Positions 58,216-64,000 of a DNA stretch of 64,000 nucleotides are shown here, piece after piece (position 1 is the first letter of the stretch; each line of letters begins with the position of its first letter). The notes beneath the pieces were generated by a model. That model was given only the letters and a program-made list of their open reading frames with translations, was not told the DNA's origin and did no database searches. This stretch comes from the human T2T-CHM13v2.0 reference genome, Homo sapiens: NCBI RefSeq assembly GCF_009914755.1, contig NC_060932.1, one strand, 5' to 3'. The position numbers were made by a program, and so were the translations under genes.

Positions 58216-59979
58216 AGCAAAGCACTGGGCTTCGGATCAAACAAATCTAAAATATGATTAATTTGCTGCATGGAGCATTAAGCCTTGAACATATTGCCTC
58301 ATGGATATGAGCCCCAGTTTCCACAGGTGCGGGATGACGAGGCTGCCCATTTTGCAAAGTAATTGTAGACTGGCAAAAAGAGATGTCGAAGGTAGGAAGC
58401 AGGGGTAGACACAGAAAAGAAAAAAGATGATTATTGTCATTTTTACAAAGGAATATTTAGCTAGAGGGCCTCCTAATTGCAAGAGAATTTTACGTGAAAG
58501 ATGATGAGTGGGATTTGCCCTGTGCCTGCCTTTACCCTGTTGTCCTTTAGATTCCGGGACACATCATTTTTCACAGGCAGGCTTCATGGCACCCCACGCC
58601 TGCATGTGCTCCTCCGCTCACTGTACTTAAACATTGTACTTAAAATATGAGGATTTCAAGGCCATGTAACACGACTTTAGAGAGTCTGAGTGATAAAGTC
58701 GGTTATATTCCTCAGCCAATCAAATCAAAAACAACAAGCACTGTTTTATTCACGATTCCCAGATCTCACATCGATGTTTTGGAAATAAACGATTTTTTTG
58801 CCTGAAACAGGTGACAATCTAAACCTGAGTCTTCGCTTCAGAGACTTCGAGCTTATATTTCAATAATGCAAGTTATTCTGAAGTCAATGCTACTTTTCTT
58901 ATAGAAACATAGCACCCATTGCCAGTGGAGAGAATTCTCTTCCTCTATGCATGGTAGAACTAATCTTTTTATTATATTTATTTTTTCTTAGAACTAATAA
59001 TTAGTTGTATGTCAGGTATTTATTTATCTCTTAATGAAATTCCCAGTGATGACACTTCATCTTGGGTCAGTAGGATTGAGTTGTTCCCTACATTTGAAAT
59101 CATGCTATGTATTACTCTTGCTTTAATACGGGTGAAACCAGAAGCTCCAGTGTCTCAAGGTTGTGGCAGTGAATGAATGTAGTAAAATGTTTCCCTAAGT
59201 AGTGCATTTAAACTCTGAGATGTAAATTGATGTAGTTTAATTGGGATACTATAGGATGGATTCAGCATTACTCACTAAAAAAGGTGTAAAACTACCAGTT
59301 GCCTGATTCCTGGGTGTTCGCATATACAAATTCTTTCTGTGTAGATATATGAGTGCCATAGTTGTCTTTCCTCAACAATGAAGAAAGATTTCTGCGTCAA
59401 CAAGGCATATTTTAAAATTGTAATACCATGCTCTATTTTCATGCTTAGTAGAGTTCACCTCCAAAGAGAAATTGAAATGTTAAAAAGTCATACTAAAACC
59501 CCTAGATCTATGATTATACCTGAAGGTTGAAGCTAATACAAGCTCTCTAAGAGGACAGACAGTAAAGAAGAATATAATGAGGGTTTTTTGTTATGAAAAT
59601 TATACAGATATGGAGACCTGAATCATGACAAATTATGAGCAGATTTTTTTAACCTCATCAAAATTAGTACACGCATTTTTAAAAAGAGATATAAATGTCC
59701 AACACATTTTCTCACTCCCGGGATGTGGACCTAGTCATAGACTAACAGCCAAGGTGCTGACACGGCCCTCCTCTAGGCCATCCAAAGTGAGGCCAAGATG
59801 GCAGCAAAGTCAATTCTTAAGGGGTGTTTTATAAGTTTAATATGAAGAAATTGATCTCCAACAAGTCAAATTTAAATGTATAAAAATCACAAATGGGTTC
59901 ATATCCATCTCTTTGGACAAATAGGCCACTGGGCCATAGGTAACTTCAGAGTGTTTCGGGCGCCAGTTTGCTGTTTCTA

Positions 59980-61050
59980 TTTTTTTTTTTTTTTAATTTC
60001 TTCTAAAAAAAAAAATCCGGGATACATGTGCACAAACTGCAGGTTTGTTACATAGGTATACATGTGCCACGGCGGCCTGCTACGTAGGTACGCGTGTGCC
60101 ACGGCGGCCTGCTACGTAGGTACGCGTGTGCCACGGAGGTCTGTTAGGTAGGTACGCGTGTGCCACCGCGGCCTGCTACGTAGGTACGCGTGTGCCACGG
60201 CGGCCTGCTACGTAGGTATGCGTGTGCCACGGCGGCCTGCTACGTAGGTACGCGTGTGCCATGGTGGTTTGTTACGTAGGTACGCGTGTGCCATGGTTGT
60301 TTGCTGCACCTATTGACCCCTCCTCTAAGTTCCCTCCCCTCATCCCCCACCCCCCAATATGTCCTGGTGTGTGTTGTTCCCCTCTCTGTATCTATGTGTT
60401 CTCATTGTTCAGCTCCCACTTGTGAGTTAGAATATGTGGTGTTTGGTTTTCTGTTCTTGTGTTGGTTTGCTGAGGATGAAGCTTCCAGCTTCATCCATGT
60501 CCCTGCAAAGGACATGATCTCATTCCTTTCTTATGGCTGCATAGTATTCCATGGTGTGTATGTACTGGATTTTCTTTTTTCCAGTCTATCACTGATGGGC
60601 GTTTGGGTTGGTTCCAAGTCTTTGCTATTGTAAATAGTACTGCAGTAGACATACATGTGCATGTGTCTTTATAGTAGAACGATTTATATTCCTTTGGGTA
60701 TACACCCAGTAATGGGATTGCTGGTCAAATGGTATTTCTGGTTCTAGATCCTTGAGGAACTGCCACACTGTCTTCCTCAGTTGTTGAACTAACTTCCATT
60801 CCCACCAACAGTGGAAAAGTGTTCCTATTTCTCCACAGTCTCACAAGCATCTGTTGTTTCCTTACTTTTTAATAATTGCCATTCTGACTGGCATGAGATG
60901 GCATCTCACTGTGGTTTTGATTTGCGTTTCTCTGATTATCAGTGATGTTGAGCTTTCTTTCTTATGTTTGTTGGACACATAAATGTCTTCTTTTGAGAAG
61001 TGTCTGTTCATATCCTTTGCCCACTTTTTGATGGGGTTGTTTTTTCTTGC
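59980..61050 (-). mobile_element. L1PA (L1PA8A-like) 3' fragment
   Basis: Poly-T, then gggatacatgtgca...tgcaggtttgttacatagg, the L1 3' UTR C-tract and the ORF2 C-terminal region (cccagtaatgggattgctgg, tcttcttttgagaagtgtctgttcat). Confidence 0.93.
60045..60303. repeat. 32-bp minisatellite, ~8 copies, inside the L1 3' UTR
   Basis: Unit gtgtgccacggcggcctgctacgtaggtacgc; tgcca anchors at 60065, 60097, 60129, 60161, 60193, 60225, 60257, 60289. Confidence 0.96.
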
Positions 61051-62079
61051 TAATTTCTTGTAGTTTTTTGTTTATCTTGTTCCTGCTTCCCCACCTGTGA
61101 GTCACTTAGGATATAATGACATGATCCACATTCTCTGTGATCTACGGGATTGTCTGTCACCAAGTGGTCCCTAATGGTGCCTCAGCCATGAGTCTTGGGG
61201 CTCAGTCCACACCACAAGGGCATGAAATAGATCTTCCTCACACACACACCATGCATGCATGCACACAAACACACACACACATGCCTGCTTTCTCCCTCTC
61301 TTAGGGAAATAGTGCTATAACTTATATTTGGGTTTAGTGTCTATCTGCACAAAAAATGTGATTTTTTTTTGCACAGTGGCTGCATGGATAAAATCATGAT
61401 GCATATCACCATTTACGTTGCTCAATTCACAGACAACCATGTTTCACCTTTTACTGGATTTTTAACATTTACAGTTGTGCTTTTCCTCAGTGTCTTTGTG
61501 AATTTAGGAAGAGAATTTGCGGGGATGAGGGCTACTCCATTATGTTGGAGTTGAGACATCAGATGCCGGCTGATGCCACCCCACCACTTGTCTGGTAAAA
61601 TGTGTGTTTATAGTTGGTCGGGAAGTATGCACACCCACCACAGTAACAACGTCACAAAGGATAAGAGTGTGCTTCCGCATATACGTAAATCAATTTCAGT
61701 CTGCAATGAAGCCAGCACTTCCTTAGTACTGACACCTAGTATCCTAGGGCCCTGGAGTAGTGCCTTCAATAAACATATCTATACTGCGGTTATATATTCT
61801 CTTTGGCCGAGAAACTCTTCTTGTAGGCTTCAGTTGGTATATTTGCCAAGGTGCTCAAAATAAGTGAGTCATCATTGATACACCTGTCATTATATGATCT
61901 AACCTTCTCAAGAAGATAGTAATGCTCTAGACTGGCAGCCATGAAGGCACATACCTTTATTATAATCTACTGACTGCTATATTCCAAGTGCCAAGCACAG
62001 TGCCCAGTGCACAGTAAACATTTGGTCTATGGAAGCAAGGGAGCTGGAGTGACTATTGTATCTGATAAAAGATATTATT

Positions 62080-62300
62080 ACTACCTACAGTAATGATTGT
62101 GAACATTGACAGAGTACCTATTATAAGGTAAATAGTTTCCATATTTTAATCATCACAAATGATCTTGAAAGATAGGCATTATCATTCCTATTTTACTGAT
62201 GAGAAAAACTGAAGAGCTTGAGTGATTTTTTCCAAAGCCACATATACAAAGCAAAGAAATGAGGGGTATAAACCCACGTGAGTAGGACTTCTACCCCTGT
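62080..62300 (-). mobile_element. MIR relic
   Basis: MIR core attatcattcctattttactgatgagaaaaactga. Confidence 0.65.
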
Positions 62301-62674
62301 GCTCATCCTATCCTGACACAATTTAGAAACGATATAGTATTTTTTCTGTCATTTTCTGAAAAGAATGTGTCTACAAATTCCACTACAAAAGCAAAGGCCA
62401 ATTTTTTAATTTTAAGAACTCTTCTACTCCTCTTTATAAGAAGCCATGAAACTACATTAATTGGAAAAAAAATTAAATGTTTTTGTGCATCTGAGCCGAA
62501 GGCTAAATTCTGTTTCTTTGTCTCTATTTGTGTAGGCATTTCAGAAACTAATAATGATGTTTATCTTTAGTTTTATTTCATAAGTAACTATTCTGACCTG
62601 ATACTACAATATGAGTTATGCCTTTAACAAATAAAAGAGGTTTGGAATTTCAATAATATTTGCAGGTGTATGAC

Positions 62675-62750
62675 TGGGGGCACCATGTGTTGATGCACAG
62701 GTTGTGCACTGCACAACTCCACAGAGTGTCGTTCACACAGATGACACAGC
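62675..62750. mobile_element. MER91-like hAT fossil
   Basis: aggttgtgcactgcacaactcc palindromic core. Confidence 0.55.
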
Positions 62751-62869
62751 TGCCTTGAACATAAGACTGTCGAGAACTTGATTGATATTAGAATTTATCA
62801 TGTCTGGGATGAGACAGCTTTACGTGTGAATATGTAGAAGACACCAAATAGTCATAAAAATATCAATGA

Positions 62870-63149
<280 letters not shown>

Positions 63150-64000
63150 TCAATGAAAACAATAGCTCCCTTAACGGATTTGCCACTGTAATTGATCTTC
63201 AGCTAAATTTCTACATCCATTTGTATGGCCTTTCAACTTTTAACTTGCTCCTAAGCTGTGGGCAAGAAATCAAAGCCCTGGCTTCTGCCTCTTATTTTAG
63301 CTTGGTTTTGCGACGTGATGTTTCTGCAGAAACAACGCATGACATTGAAACTCCACGGAGAATTCGGATTTGCTATACAAAGTATTTTGGCAAAAAGGAA
63401 GTGACAGCCTTTTGAGTCTGTGGCCTTGAGTTAAAAAAAAAAAAGATACAGCTTGTAGTTGATTCTGTGTGTGATTTTATTTTACTGATTTCTAATTAGA
63501 GATTTGAGAGCAGAAAATATGTATTTTGCCTATTTAAGCATGGTTATTCAGTTTCATCTAGATTCTATTCTTCTTTATTTTACCCAAGTTTTGCTTCCAA
63601 GGTTGTAGAGTAGAAAGCAGAAAAATAGCTAGTTGCCTAGATAAAGTATGTGAACAGAAGTGTTGATCTATTTAGCAGGATAATACTATTCTTATTTGCC
63701 TTGCTTTAACCATTACAAATGAACCAGAAACTTGTACTCATAAGTTAAATATTTATAACAAGAAGAAATATGGACTTAGAGACAAGGGACCATTTGCAAT
63801 ATTCACTGATCAAAGCAGTACAAAGGATCAAAACTTTTAGATCTAGTGCAGATGTCTCAGGAAATATAACATGATGCCAAGCGAATGGCAGCAAAAAGCT
63901 GAGGCTAAAATGAGTACTATAGTTTCAACTGAGAAAAAAAATCAAATTATTGTACCGAATTCCCTAATATCAGATGTGTATAAACTTAAGAATATTAAAT

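Noticed and set aside
60045-60303. Regular 32-bp periodicity resembling a CRISPR array
   Set aside because: Head-to-tail tandem units with no unique spacers, embedded in a human L1.

Overview
Human genomic DNA (a human-specific AluYb8-type element is present) lying entirely inside the very large gene CSMD1, which runs on the minus strand. The only protein-coding sequence is one 217-bp internal exon (50100-50316, exon 2, start of the first CUB domain) with canonical AG/GT boundaries. Positions 50317-64000 are intron 1 and 1-50099 are intron 2. The rest is AT-rich intron with about 12 Alus, solo LTRs (THE1A, LTR12, an LTR19-like ERV1 LTR, MLT1, LTR33/41-like), L1/L2/MIR relics, DNA-transposon fossils (Tigger4b, MER20, MER102, MER91) and microsatellites. 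I found no new gene or multi-gene system. The most interesting signals are: (1) exon 2 sits within ~87 bp on each side of an antisense-pointing CCAAT-array LTR12 and a young AluYb8; (2) a 79-bp-arm hairpin and a 36-bp-arm hairpin in sequence I cannot assign to a repeat; (3) two short local duplications, one with an unusual complement-transversion spectrum; (4) a CpG-rich 32-bp minisatellite derived from an L1 3' UTR by weak-to-strong changes. Repeat subfamily names come from recall of consensus sequences, and old-repeat boundaries are approximate.
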